Made by a program: the position numbers and the translations under genes. A DNA stretch of 64,000 nucleotides, taken from Clostridia bacterium. Lineage in GTDB: Bacteria > Bacillota > Clostridia > UMGS1883 > UMGS1540. The stretch lies in the NCBI GenBank assembly GCA_045656005.1, contig JAZOQG010000003.1, forward strand, positions 2,226 through 66,225, given 5' to 3'. The first letter of the stretch is position 1. Each line of letters opens with the position of its first letter. Positions 21,092 to 29,671 of this stretch are shown here, one piece after another. The notes beneath the pieces were generated by a model, which was given only the letters and a program-made list of their open reading frames with translations, ran no database searches and had not been told where the DNA came from.

Positions 21092-21709
21092 ATGATTAAA
21101 AAAACTTTAGTAGTGGCACTTGCTATGATGCTTTTGTTAAGCGTTGGAGCTTTTGCTGAAACAAAACCTTCGGCTTGGGCAGAAGGTGAAATTGGCTCTG
21201 TATATCCCGAAATGTTTAAATCGATGCAGATTGATTTGGATTATCAGCGCCCCATAACAAGAGCAGAGTTTGCAATGCTTGCATTTTCTGTTTACAAGGA
21301 CATAAACGGAGGACTTCCACAGATTCAGGCACAGGATGTTTTTGATGATATCGGAGCTGAAACTGTTGATATGTTCGTTCCTATGGCGGCGGCAGTTGGT
21401 ATTGTAAGAGGTGTGTCGGCAACAGAATTTTTGCCCAGAAACCCAATTACAAGACAAGAGCTTTGCACAATGCTTACAAGAATTTTTGCACAGCTTGATG
21501 CTTCTTATGCTGCAGACAGCGCGGCAGCAGCAGGCAGTACCTTGAAATTTGCAGATAACTCATCCGTTGCAGAATGGGCAAAAGTACCGGTTGAATACTG
21601 CGTTTCCAAAGGCATAATCAAAGGTGTTTCCGAAACAGAACTCGCACCGCTTTCAAATGTTTCTGTGGAACAGGCAATGGTAATGTGCAACAGAATAGTT
21701 ACAAAATAG
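21092..21709 (+). CDS. SLH-domain secreted protein
   Basis: Signal peptide and SLH-type repeats (ITRAEFAMLAF..., ITRQELCTMLTRIF..., LAPLSNVSVEQAMVMCNRI). Confidence 0.6.
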   Translation: MIKKTLVVALAMMLLLSVGAFAETKPSAWAEGEIGSVYPEMFKSMQIDLDYQRPITRAEFAMLAFSVYKDINGGLPQIQAQDVFDDIGAETVDMFVPMAAAVGIVRGVSATEFLPRNPITRQELCTMLTRIFAQLDASYAADSAAAAGSTLKFADNSSVAEWAKVPVEYCVSKGIIKGVSETELAPLSNVSVEQAMVMCNRIVTK

Positions 21710-21756
21710 TTTACTCGATAAAATTTACAAACCATATTTAATTAATATGTTTAATA

Positions 21757-21790
21757 AAACCATTCGTTATCAGCGGATGGTTTTATTATT
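21757..21790 (+). terminator. Rho-independent terminator
   Basis: aaaaccattcg-ttatcag-cggatggtttt hairpin with T-rich tail. Confidence 0.5.
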
Positions 21791-22013
21791 AATGTTATGA
21801 TAAGGGAATTTGATACATATAATTAATATATAAATAGGTAGAAATCCCGTAAAAAAGAAAAAAATGGAAATAAAAAACATAAAAAATTGTCGTAAAGCAT
21901 TGACAAATTGGAAAAATTAAGGTAAACTGTAGTATGGTAATAGGAATATCTGTACTTTTATGGCACTTCTGTGAAAGCAATTTTACAGTTTTGTTACAAC
22001 TGCAAAAAGTGCA

Positions 22014-22042
22014 TTGACGTACTTTGAAAGCGGTGTTATAAT
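22014..22042 (+). promoter_or_regulatory. Strong sigma-A promoter with extended -10 (TTGACG-17-TGtTATAAT) for the S-layer gene
   Basis: ttgacg 22014-22019, 17-nt spacer, tataat 22037-22042 preceded by TGt. Confidence 0.6.
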
Positions 22043-22090
22043 CAAGTCATAAGAGGAGCAGTATTTCTGTTTCTCGGCACGGTCGCATAT

Positions 22091-22128
22091 GAAAGAGATG
22101 CGGCAGGTGCAAATCCCACATCTCTTTC
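22091..22128 (+). promoter_or_regulatory. 5'-UTR stem-loop (10-bp perfect stem) in the S-layer mRNA leader
   Basis: GAAAGAGATG-cggcaggtgcaaatccca-CATCTCTTTC lies between the promoter and a strong RBS (AAGGAGG) and has no U-tract. Confidence 0.5.
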
Positions 22129-22161
22129 ACAATAAATATTTTTAAGGAGGATTTGAGAATT

Positions 22162-25100
22162 ATGAAAAATCTCAAAAAGGTTCTGGCATTTGTAGTTGTA
22201 TTTGCAATGATGCTTACAAGCGCTGTATCCGCGGCTTCTTTCCCGGATGTTGCTGACGATGCATCTTATGCAGAAGCTGCTACAATCTTGTCCTCACTCG
22301 GTCTTATGATTGGTGATGACATGGGTAATTTCAACCCCGACAAAATTTTAACAAGAGCTGAAGCTACAGCACTCATCATGAGAGCTAAAGGTCTTGAGAG
22401 CGCATCAGCAGGTGCTGCAGGTGCAACTCAGTTCACAGACGTAGCTGCAGATCACTGGGCATCCGGATACATTAACCTCGCTGCACAGAGCAACGTTGTT
22501 GCAGGTTACGGCGACGGAACATTCGGTCCTGAAAACGAAGTAAAATACGAAGAGTTTGTAAAAATGGTAGTAGCTGCTCTCGGTTACACACCTAAAGCAA
22601 ACACACTCGGCGGATATCCTTCCGGATACCTTATCATTGCTTCACAGGAAAACATCACTAAAGGTGCTGCAGGTGCTGCAGGTCAGCCCGCTCCAAGAAG
22701 CACAGTTGCTCAGCTTCTCTTCAACTCACTCGACGTTTTCATTATGGAACAGACAGTATTCGTTGAAGGCGAAGAAAGATTTGAGCCAAGCGAAACAAAA
22801 ACACTTCTTAACACATACCTTGGTGTTAACAAATACGAAGGTTATGTAACAGAAGTTAATCAGGTTCCTGTTGCTTCTGACGAAGAAACAACAATTGACA
22901 TTGATGTTGTAAAAGTTGACAAGAAAGCTGTTGAAAAAGCAAGCACAACTTATGACATTAACGACCTTGTAATCGGCGAATGTGCAAACGCTGCTACACT
23001 TCTTGGCTACTATGTAACAGCATATGTTGGCGAAGATGAAATCACAGGCGGCGATGTTCTTAAAGCTATCGCTCCTAAGACAGGTAAAAATGAAGTTGTT
23101 ACTGTAGATTACAGTCAGATTACTGACTTTACACCTGCTACAGGTGCTACAGAAAGCGCAGATGTAGAAATTATTTACTACCTCGAAAATGAAACAGACA
23201 GAGCTGAAAAAGAACTCGAAGTTTCTGCTGCTGCATGGTACTTCAATGGCGATGCAGATACTACTGATTATGCACTTTCTTTCCTCGAAGAAGGTACTCC
23301 CGGTGTTATCACATTCCTCAGCAACGATGGTACTGAAGGTTATGAATATGCATTTGTAAAAGCTTATGGTGCTAACTACCTCGTTGGTGAAGTTGATGCT
23401 GAAAACAACATTCTTATCGACAAAGATAACAACCCAATTGATATTGATATCGAAGATGAAAACGTTGTTTACACATTCATCAAAGATGGTGTTGTAGTTT
23501 CTTATGACGACATCAAAGCTGGCGACGTTCTCACACTTGCTGAATCAGTACTTGGTGATTTAGTAACTGTTTACGTTTCTGACGCAGTTGTTGAAGGTAC
23601 TGTTACAGAAATTGGTTCTGCTGACGGCGAAGCAACATATGCTATCGGCGGCGAAGAATACAAAGCTGTTTCTTCAAGCGTAACAGGTCTTAAGATGGGT
23701 GCTGAAGGTAAATTCTACCTCAACGTTGACGGCAGAATTGCTTTTGCAGAAGCTATTAGCTCTGCTTCCGATAACTATGCTTACCTCCTCGATGCTGATG
23801 TTACAGCAGGTCTTGGCGGTGACGTAATCGAAGTTAAATTTATCAACGCTGCAGGCGAATGGAGCATTGCTGAATTTGCTTCTAAAGTAACTGTAAATGA
23901 TGGTGACGCAATCGACGTAACTGCTTCTAGTGCTGATTTTGGTATCATCACAAAATCCGGTGAGTCCGTTACTATTGATGAAGATAACAGATTCTTCACA
24001 TTTGAACTTAACAGCGCTGGCAAAATCAGAAAGATCTATACTGCAGTAGATGGTTATGATGTTGACAGATTCTCACTTGATGCTGACGGCTCAGCTGAGT
24101 GGAAAGCTAGCACAAACAGACTCGGTAACATTTACCTTACAGAGAATACAAAAATCTTCTACGTTGATCAGAACTTAACTGCTGAAAATGAAGCAGATAG
24201 AATTCCTAAAGAAGAAAAAGACATCCAGGTTGGAACTATTTCTTCCCTTATCGATGGCGAAGAGTATGATTCTGTAATGTTCTACGACAGAGATTCTGAA
24301 ATGTATGCAGGTGCAGTTGTTATTCTTAACTCCAACCCAGGTATCAGCGATGCAATGCACCCAATGGTACTCACAAAAGTATCCACAGGTACAAACGATG
24401 CAGGCGCTAAAGTTATCAAACTTTATGGTTACCAGAATGGTGAAGCTGTAACAGCTGAATGCAATGAAGATGTTGCATCAGTTTCTGCTGTAGCTGGTGA
24501 CGTTATCCTCTTTAACGTTGATGCTGAAGGTAAAGTTGATGAAATCAGTGTTATCATGACAGCTGCTGAAGCTAAAGAGGCTACTATCGACGATGCATAC
24601 TATGCTTTCGACGCTGCTAATGGTGATAAAGAAGTTCTCCACCACTTTGGTTTGGTAGAGAAGAAGAGTGGTAACATTGTAACACTTAAAGGTGCTGATG
24701 ATGTACTCCTCAAAGGTTCAAACCTTAACTTCTACGTTGTAAATGTTAACAGAGATACTGCTGTTGTAAGCACAGGTTCTTACAATGATATTACAGCTGA
24801 ACCTACAAGAACAGGTAACAAAGTTGCTACAGTATTGTTCGTTCGTGAATTTGAAGGTGAGCCTGTAATCGCTGTTGCTTACCAGATGACATACAGCGAA
24901 GCTGTTAAAGAGGCTTGGGCTCCAATTACAATTGATGCAAAATACTTTGCTGATGCTGAAGATGCTACAGAATATTATGGTACAGATTGTGCTGATTTAA
25001 CAATGGGTATCAAGGCTTCCAAAGCACTCAATGCTGTTAAACACTTTGTTGTTATCGAAAACGAAGATGGCCATAAATGGGGTATCAAATTTACTCCTGC

Positions 25101-25314
25101 TGGTTCAAAGACAGGTGCTATTTGGACATTTACTGCAGGTTCAGGTGCAACATTTGATGCTTATAGCGAAGGCGAATTGTCTGCTGCTTATGGCGCACCC
25201 GCAGCTGGTGAATATACAGTAACATTGTATGAATGCATTGATAATTCTGCAGTTTTTGCTGATTATACAGATGCTACTCCTGTTGCTGTAGATACTGTTA
25301 CTATTGCTGAGTAA
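22162..25314 (+). CDS. S-layer protein with N-terminal SLH domains (about 1050 aa, Ala/Thr/Asp/Val-rich)
   Basis: Signal peptide, then SLH motifs (FPDVADDASYAEAATILSSLGLMIGDDMGNFNPDKILTRAEATALIMRA; FTDVAADHWASGYINLAAQSNVVAGYGDGTFGPENEVKYEEFVKMVVAALGY). Strong RBS and promoter. Composition is acidic and low-complexity. Confidence 0.7.
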   Translation: MKNLKKVLAFVVVFAMMLTSAVSAASFPDVADDASYAEAATILSSLGLMIGDDMGNFNPDKILTRAEATALIMRAKGLESASAGAAGATQFTDVAADHWASGYINLAAQSNVVAGYGDGTFGPENEVKYEEFVKMVVAALGYTPKANTLGGYPSGYLIIASQENITKGAAGAAGQPAPRSTVAQLLFNSLDVFIMEQTVFVEGEERFEPSETKTLLNTYLGVNKYEGYVTEVNQVPVASDEETTIDIDVVKVDKKAVEKASTTYDINDLVIGECANAATLLGYYVTAYVGEDEITGGDVLKAIAPKTGKNEVVTVDYSQITDFTPATGATESADVEIIYYLENETDRAEKELEVSAAAWYFNGDADTTDYALSFLEEGTPGVITFLSNDGTEGYEYAFVKAYGANYLVGEVDAENNILIDKDNNPIDIDIEDENVVYTFIKDGVVVSYDDIKAGDVLTLAESVLGDLVTVYVSDAVVEGTVTEIGSADGEATYAIGGEEYKAVSSSVTGLKMGAEGKFYLNVDGRIAFAEAISSASDNYAYLLDADVTAGLGGDVIEVKFINAAGEWSIAEFASKVTVNDGDAIDVTASSADFGIITKSGESVTIDEDNRFFTFELNSAGKIRKIYTAVDGYDVDRFSLDADGSAEWKASTNRLGNIYLTENTKIFYVDQNLTAENEADRIPKEEKDIQVGTISSLIDGEEYDSVMFYDRDSEMYAGAVVILNSNPGISDAMHPMVLTKVSTGTNDAGAKVIKLYGYQNGEAVTAECNEDVASVSAVAGDVILFNVDAEGKVDEISVIMTAAEAKEATIDDAYYAFDAANGDKEVLHHFGLVEKKSGNIVTLKGADDVLLKGSNLNFYVVNVNRDTAVVSTGSYNDITAEPTRTGNKVATVLFVREFEGEPVIAVAYQMTYSEAVKEAWAPITIDAKYFADAEDATEYYGTDCADLTMGIKASKALNAVKHFVVIENEDGHKWGIKFTPAGSKTGAIWTFTAGSGATFDAYSEGELSAAYGAPAAGEYTVTLYECIDNSAVFADYTDATPVAVDTVTIAE

Positions 25315-25456
25315 TCAGTTTGTGACGGTACTCTAATGTACTGAATAGTAATTGAGACGCACTCAAAACAGTGCGGCGCGTTATTTTATAATAAAAACCA
25401 CCCACAGGCGGATATTTATAAACATTGAGAATCTTTCGAAAAAATGGAACTAATTA

Positions 25457-26158
25457 TCACCCATCACATGCAAATTCATTTCGTATTTTTTCGAGAAGCT
25501 TTTTTTCGATTCTTGAAACCTGCACCTGGCTAATACCAATAATTGCGGAGGTTTCTTTTTGTGTTTTGTCTTTAAAATATCTTAAAAATAAAATTTTTTG
25601 CTCACGTGGCGCAAGAGCATCAAAAACTTTCTTGATAACAAGTTTTTTTGCCGTGTCTTCTGCAAAGTCTCCTTCTGCCATGAGAGTGTCGGCAATGGTC
25701 TGTCCATCGTCATTTTCCTTGTAAATCGAACGAGGTTTTATTGAGGCGGAAAAAGCACTTGTAATTTCTTCGGGTGGTATACCACTTAAAGCGGAAAGTT
25801 CATTGAGAGTAGGTTCTCTTCCATTTTGTTCTTCAAATGCTTTTTTATGGGCATTTACTTTATATAAAACCTCTTTTAAGTGCCGGCTTACCTTTATTAT
25901 CCCGTCATCACGCAGAAAGCGCCTGATTTCACCCATAATAAGAGAAGTGGCGTAAGTTGAGAATGAGAACCCCAGGTCTGCGTTAAAGCGTTTGGAGGCA
26001 TTTATAAGCCCTATTGAGCCTATCTGAACCAAATCCTCATACTCTGCACCTCTTCCTATAAATCTTCTTGCTATGCTATGTACCAGAGCAATATTATCAC
26101 ATATCATGCTTTCAAAATTTTCATTCCCCGAAGTTTTTAAAATTTCGCTTTCTGTCAT
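25457..26158 (-). CDS. sigF: Sporulation sigma factor SigF
   Basis: Sigma-70 regions 2 and 4 (YEDLVQIGSIGLINASKRF; TQKETSAIIGISQVQVSRIEKK). Last gene of a spoIIAA-spoIIAB-sigF arrangement. Confidence 0.85.
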   Translation of the reverse strand: MTESEILKTSGNENFESMICDNIALVHSIARRFIGRGAEYEDLVQIGSIGLINASKRFNADLGFSFSTYATSLIMGEIRRFLRDDGIIKVSRHLKEVLYKVNAHKKAFEEQNGREPTLNELSALSGIPPEEITSAFSASIKPRSIYKENDDGQTIADTLMAEGDFAEDTAKKLVIKKVFDALAPREQKILFLRYFKDKTQKETSAIIGISQVQVSRIEKKLLEKIRNEFACDG

Positions 26159-26160
26159 AG

Positions 26161-26577
26161 CTATAAAATCCTTTTGGTCATTGTAACCTTTGTTCCTTCT
26201 CCGGGTTTTGAAACTACTTTTAAGCTATCCATGAAACTTTCCATAACTGTAAACCCCATCCCGCTTCGTTCCATGTCAGGCTTTGAAGTGTAAAGAGGTG
26301 TCATAGCACGGCGGACATCTTCAATCCCACGTCCTGCATCTGATATTGTTACGCTGAAAATGTTATCTGTAATTGTCATGCTCATTGAAACAACGCCACT
26401 TAAACCTTCATAACCATGAATGATAGCATTTGTAACTGCTTCGCTTACGGCGGTTTTTATATCTGAAAGTGTTTCAAGGGTAGGGTCAAGCGGTGAAACA
26501 AAAGCTGCAGCCGCCATTCTTGCAAAGCACTCATTTTCTGACCTTGATGAAAATTTCAGGGTTGCACTGTTTTTCAT
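26161..26577 (-). CDS. spoIIAB: Anti-sigma F factor SpoIIAB (Ser kinase, HATPase_c)
   Basis: 138 aa with a GHKL ATPase motif region ([19 protein letters not shown]). Confidence 0.85.
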   Translation of the reverse strand: MKNSATLKFSSRSENECFARMAAAAFVSPLDPTLETLSDIKTAVSEAVTNAIIHGYEGLSGVVSMSMTITDNIFSVTISDAGRGIEDVRRAMTPLYTSKPDMERSGMGFTVMESFMDSLKVVSKPGEGTKVTMTKRIL

Positions 26578-26912
26578 ACTGCACCTCCCAAGGCCTCATC
26601 TATGCTTTTGTAAATGGGAATTATTTTGTGTATTCCCGAAAGCACAATTAGTCTTTTGGCGGTGGGGGTGGGGGCAGCTATAAATGTTTTTCCGCCAATG
26701 GCTGAAACTGCTTTATATCTGCCAATAAAAATTCCCAGTCCGCTGCTGTCCATAAATTCAAGTTTTTGTAAATTAAACACAATATTTTTGGTTTTTGCAT
26801 CAGCAAATTTCCTGTCAATATCTTCACGTACAGATGCGGCGTTATGATGGTCAAGTTCTCCGTCAAGGGAAACCAAGAGTGTTTTTCCGCACTTTTTAAA
26901 TCGAAGTTCCAT
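26574..26912 (-). CDS. spoIIAA: Anti-sigma F factor antagonist SpoIIAA (STAS domain)
   Basis: 112-aa STAS protein with the phosphorylatable-Ser context (FMDSSGLGI). Its stop overlaps spoIIAB. Confidence 0.85.
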   Translation of the reverse strand: MELRFKKCGKTLLVSLDGELDHHNAASVREDIDRKFADAKTKNIVFNLQKLEFMDSSGLGIFIGRYKAVSAIGGKTFIAAPTPTAKRLIVLSGIHKIIPIYKSIDEALGGAV

Positions 26913-26952
26913 TTAAATCACCTTTCATAAAAATTTTGCGCTTTATAGATTT

Positions 26953-27005
26953 ATTCAATGTTTTTTTCATAAATCCTTCGAAGAAAAATGACAACCTTTG
27001 TCGAT
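26953..27005 (-). promoter_or_regulatory. SigH-type promoter (GAAGGATTT-11-ATTGAAT) plus Spo0A-box-like ATCGACA for the spoIIA operon
   Basis: On the minus strand, gaaggattt is the reverse complement of 26971-26979. An 11-nt spacer precedes attgaat (rc of 26953-26959). The 0A-like box tgtcgat lies at 26999-27005. Confidence 0.5.
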
Positions 27006-27112
27006 TGGGAATAATTGCAAATTGACATGCATATTTTTGAAAAAAACTTCAATCTAATTATGTAAACCATTTTTGATTTTTTAAAAACGGCTCTTCTTTT
27101 TATGCCACAAAA

Positions 27113-27209
27113 TTATCCACAGAAAAACGCCCTATTTTAGGGTTATACACCGAGTTATCCACATAATCCACATATATTTTTGTCAGTTACTGTGGAATAT
27201 GTGGATAAC
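27113..27209. promoter_or_regulatory. DnaA-box cluster: three perfect TTATCCACA boxes plus two one-mismatch boxes
   Basis: TTATCCACA at 27113-27121 and 27155-27163. TAATCCACA at 27164-27172. tgtggaata (rc TATTCCACA) at 27191-27199. tgtggataa (rc TTATCCACA) at 27201-27209. Confidence 0.7.
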
Positions 27210-27339
27210 TTAAATAAGCATAAAAACGGCAAAAATTGAGGTTTACAAAATTAGGTTGTATTTTTTGCGGCACATATTTTCAGACCAGAAAAATCGCTCG
27301 ATAAAAAAACCGAAATTACGGCATTTTTTAAAGTTTTTC

Positions 27340-27368
27340 TTGCAAAATTTTACCTAATGTACTATAAT
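27340..27368 (+). promoter_or_regulatory. Sigma-A promoter TTGCAA-17-TATAAT for pgsA
   Basis: ttgcaa 27340-27345, 17-nt spacer, tataat 27363-27368. Confidence 0.5.
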
Positions 27369-27399
27369 AATATAATATAGATATTTTTTAGAAAGCTGA

Positions 27400-27951
27400 G
27401 TGAAAAAAGTGAATTTGCCAAATATATTGTCCGTCATACGGCTTTGTATGATTCCTGTTACTGCAGTTTTATTTGCAAAGGAAAAAATAACAGCCGCTGT
27501 TATAATTTTTATTACTGCCTGCCTTACGGACATGCTTGACGGATATATCGCAAGAAAATATAATATGATTACCGATATCGGAAAGGTTTTAGACCCTCTT
27601 GCTGACAAAGGTATGCAAATTACAATGCTGGTGTCAATGGCGGTTTGTGACCTTATGCCCTGGGTGCTTGTTATGCTTTTGTTTTTAAAAGAACTTTTAA
27701 TGTGCATAGGCGGAGCACTTTTATACAAAGCTAATACTGTTATTGCTGCAAACAGCTACGGAAAAATTTCAACTGTTGTAACTTCAAGCTGTGTCGTGCT
27801 TATTCTTTTGCTTCATAACTTCCTGCCACCTTATCTTATGCTTTTTCTGCAATGGCTCCCTGTGGTGTTTGCGTTATATGCATTTATAAGATATACATGT
27901 CTTTTTGTGACTTGGAAGAAAGAAAACAAAATTTTCGGAAAGGAAGCATAA
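27400..27951 (+). CDS. pgsA: CDP-diacylglycerol--glycerol-3-phosphate 3-phosphatidyltransferase
   Basis: CDP-alcohol phosphatidyltransferase motif DMLDGYIARK...G...DPLADK. The 183-aa protein has multiple TM helices. Confidence 0.8.
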   Translation: MKKVNLPNILSVIRLCMIPVTAVLFAKEKITAAVIIFITACLTDMLDGYIARKYNMITDIGKVLDPLADKGMQITMLVSMAVCDLMPWVLVMLLFLKELLMCIGGALLYKANTVIAANSYGKISTVVTSSCVVLILLLHNFLPPYLMLFLQWLPVVFALYAFIRYTCLFVTWKKENKIFGKEA

Positions 27952-28638
27952 ATGAAAGAACATATTTACACTATTGCACTTACTGATGCCCTGGAAGAGG
28001 ACTCGGAGTGCCTTTTATGCAGTATAGAAAAGAAAACTGATGAGGATGCTGTTTCGTATTACACGGGTGCTGCAATGATGGAACCCGACGTAAGGTGTGA
28101 AACGAATAAAAAGGGATTTTGCCCTGTACATTATCAGAAAATGAAGGAAGCGGGCAATACTTTAAGTGTTGCATTAGTGCTTCAGACGAGAATTGCGGAA
28201 ATATCAAAACTTCTTACTTCAGATGAGAAAACGAAAAAAGGAATTTTCGGGAAGAAAAATGAATCTTCGGTAAACGAAGAGGTCTCTTCTGCTATGGGAA
28301 GCTGTGCTGCGTGCGAAAGAGTTTCGGGAAGAATGGAAGACTGCATTGACAATTTTTTATATCTTTTGTCTTCGGAAGATGAATTTAAGAAAAAGTTTTT
28401 TGCTTCTAAGGGACTTTGTATGAAGCATTTTGAAAAAGTGCTTTCAAAAGCACGCGGAAATCTTTATAACGAGCTTGTGAGTTTTCAAAAAAAAGAGATG
28501 GAAAGAATGCTTTCCGAAGTTAACAGATTTATAGAGAAATTTGACTACAGAAATGCAGATATGCCGTGGGAAAATGCAAAGGATGCACCTGATAGGGCAA
28601 TACTCAAATTAAGAGGTGACTATGATGGAAAATTTTAA
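27952..28638 (+). CDS. Hypothetical Cys-motif protein (three CxxC-type pairs). Function unknown.
   Basis: CLLC, C...C, CAAC and C...CMKH motifs in a hydrophilic 228-aa protein. The start abuts the pgsA stop. Confidence 0.4.
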   Translation: MKEHIYTIALTDALEEDSECLLCSIEKKTDEDAVSYYTGAAMMEPDVRCETNKKGFCPVHYQKMKEAGNTLSVALVLQTRIAEISKLLTSDEKTKKGIFGKKNESSVNEEVSSAMGSCAACERVSGRMEDCIDNFLYLLSSEDEFKKKFFASKGLCMKHFEKVLSKARGNLYNELVSFQKKEMERMLSEVNRFIEKFDYRNADMPWENAKDAPDRAILKLRGDYDGKF

Positions 28639-29437
28639 TGAAAATGTACCTGAAAGAGAAAAACGAGGATTTTTTAAAGTTTTTGATATTTGTTTTCACC
28701 GTTTTTCAAAACTTATAGGTGTAAATCTTTTATACACGGTTTGTTCTCTTCCGGTAATACTTATTTACTTTTTGCTTTCATCTGTTATTTCGAGTTCCTT
28801 AATTCCTGTAGGGATTGAAAATTACGAAACAACAGTTTCGGCACTCAGCGGTACCATTGCAATTTTTATATTTATGGCACTTGGAGGAGGACCTTTGGCA
28901 CCTGGATTTATTTATGTTATAAGGAACTTTTGCAGAAGAGAACATTCCTTCGTTGTGAGCGATTTTTTCGAGCATGTTAAAAAGAATTTTAAACAAAGCA
29001 TAGTTGTTTTTCTGATTGATATTTTATTTGTTTTACTTATTCTTTTTAATTTAAATGCAGTATTTACAAACTCCGAAATGTTTTTTGGTTATCATATGCC
29101 TTATGCATTCGTAATGGGTGTAATTTCTGTTTTGTATATTGGGGCAAGGCTTTACCTGTATCCATTGATGGTAACCTTTAAATCACCCCTTAAAACAATT
29201 TTTAAAACCTCGGTACTGCTTTGTATGTTAAAGTTGCCTCAAAGTGTTTTAATGGTTATTTTAACTGCTTTGATATTTTATGCAGTGTCGCTATTACCGT
29301 TTGTGTTTTTTGCTTTTTTTGTTACACCAATATTTTTAATATCTTTTACAGGTGTTATTAATATGGTGTTTGCCTATGAAATTATAAAGAAAAATATAGC
29401 AATGGACAACGAAAATTACGAAAACAAGCCGTTTTAG
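28622..29437 (+). CDS. DUF624/YesL-like integral membrane protein
   Basis: Polytopic membrane protein beginning MENFNENVPEREKRGFFKVFDICFHRF. It overlaps the upstream gene by about 17 nt, which suggests translational coupling. Confidence 0.5.
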   Translation: MMENFNENVPEREKRGFFKVFDICFHRFSKLIGVNLLYTVCSLPVILIYFLLSSVISSSLIPVGIENYETTVSALSGTIAIFIFMALGGGPLAPGFIYVIRNFCRREHSFVVSDFFEHVKKNFKQSIVVFLIDILFVLLILFNLNAVFTNSEMFFGYHMPYAFVMGVISVLYIGARLYLYPLMVTFKSPLKTIFKTSVLLCMLKLPQSVLMVILTALIFYAVSLLPFVFFAFFVTPIFLISFTGVINMVFAYEIIKKNIAMDNENYENKPF

Positions 29438-29513
29438 GTAATATGACGGATATGCTTGTGAAAATTTGGTAATAAGTAACATAATATTTTTTTAATTTCA
29501 TACAAAATATATA

Positions 29514-29542
29514 TTGCATTTTCTTGAAAGTTGTGGTATTAT
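29514..29542 (+). promoter_or_regulatory. Sigma-A promoter TTGCAT-17-TGgTATTAT (extended -10) with no downstream CDS
   Basis: ttgcat 29514-29519, 17-nt spacer, tattat 29537-29542 preceded by tgg. Confidence 0.45.
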
Positions 29543-29549
29543 AGTATAG

Positions 29550-29631
29550 TACCATAACCAGTACACAAAACTTTTTTCATTTTCCCTCCTTTTTGCAGAC
29601 CGTTCCACCAAACGGTCTGTAAATCTTTTTA
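29550..29631 (+). ncRNA. Candidate small RNA of about 80 nt with a CCCUCCUUU motif and a 3' hairpin plus U-run
   Basis: Promoter to hairpin: cagaccgtt-ccaccaa-aacggtctg, then taaatcttttt. No ORF on the plus strand. On the minus strand the same segment reads AAAGGAGGG + ATG + a 13-aa micro-ORF. Confidence 0.3.
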
Positions 29632-29639
29632 GGGACAAT

Positions 29640-29671
29640 TATTAAGATAAAAAAATAAACCGCCTGGCGGA
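29640..29671. terminator. Bidirectional terminator downstream of rarA
   Basis: aaaaaataaaccgcc-tg-gcggattattttttt. Confidence 0.55.
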
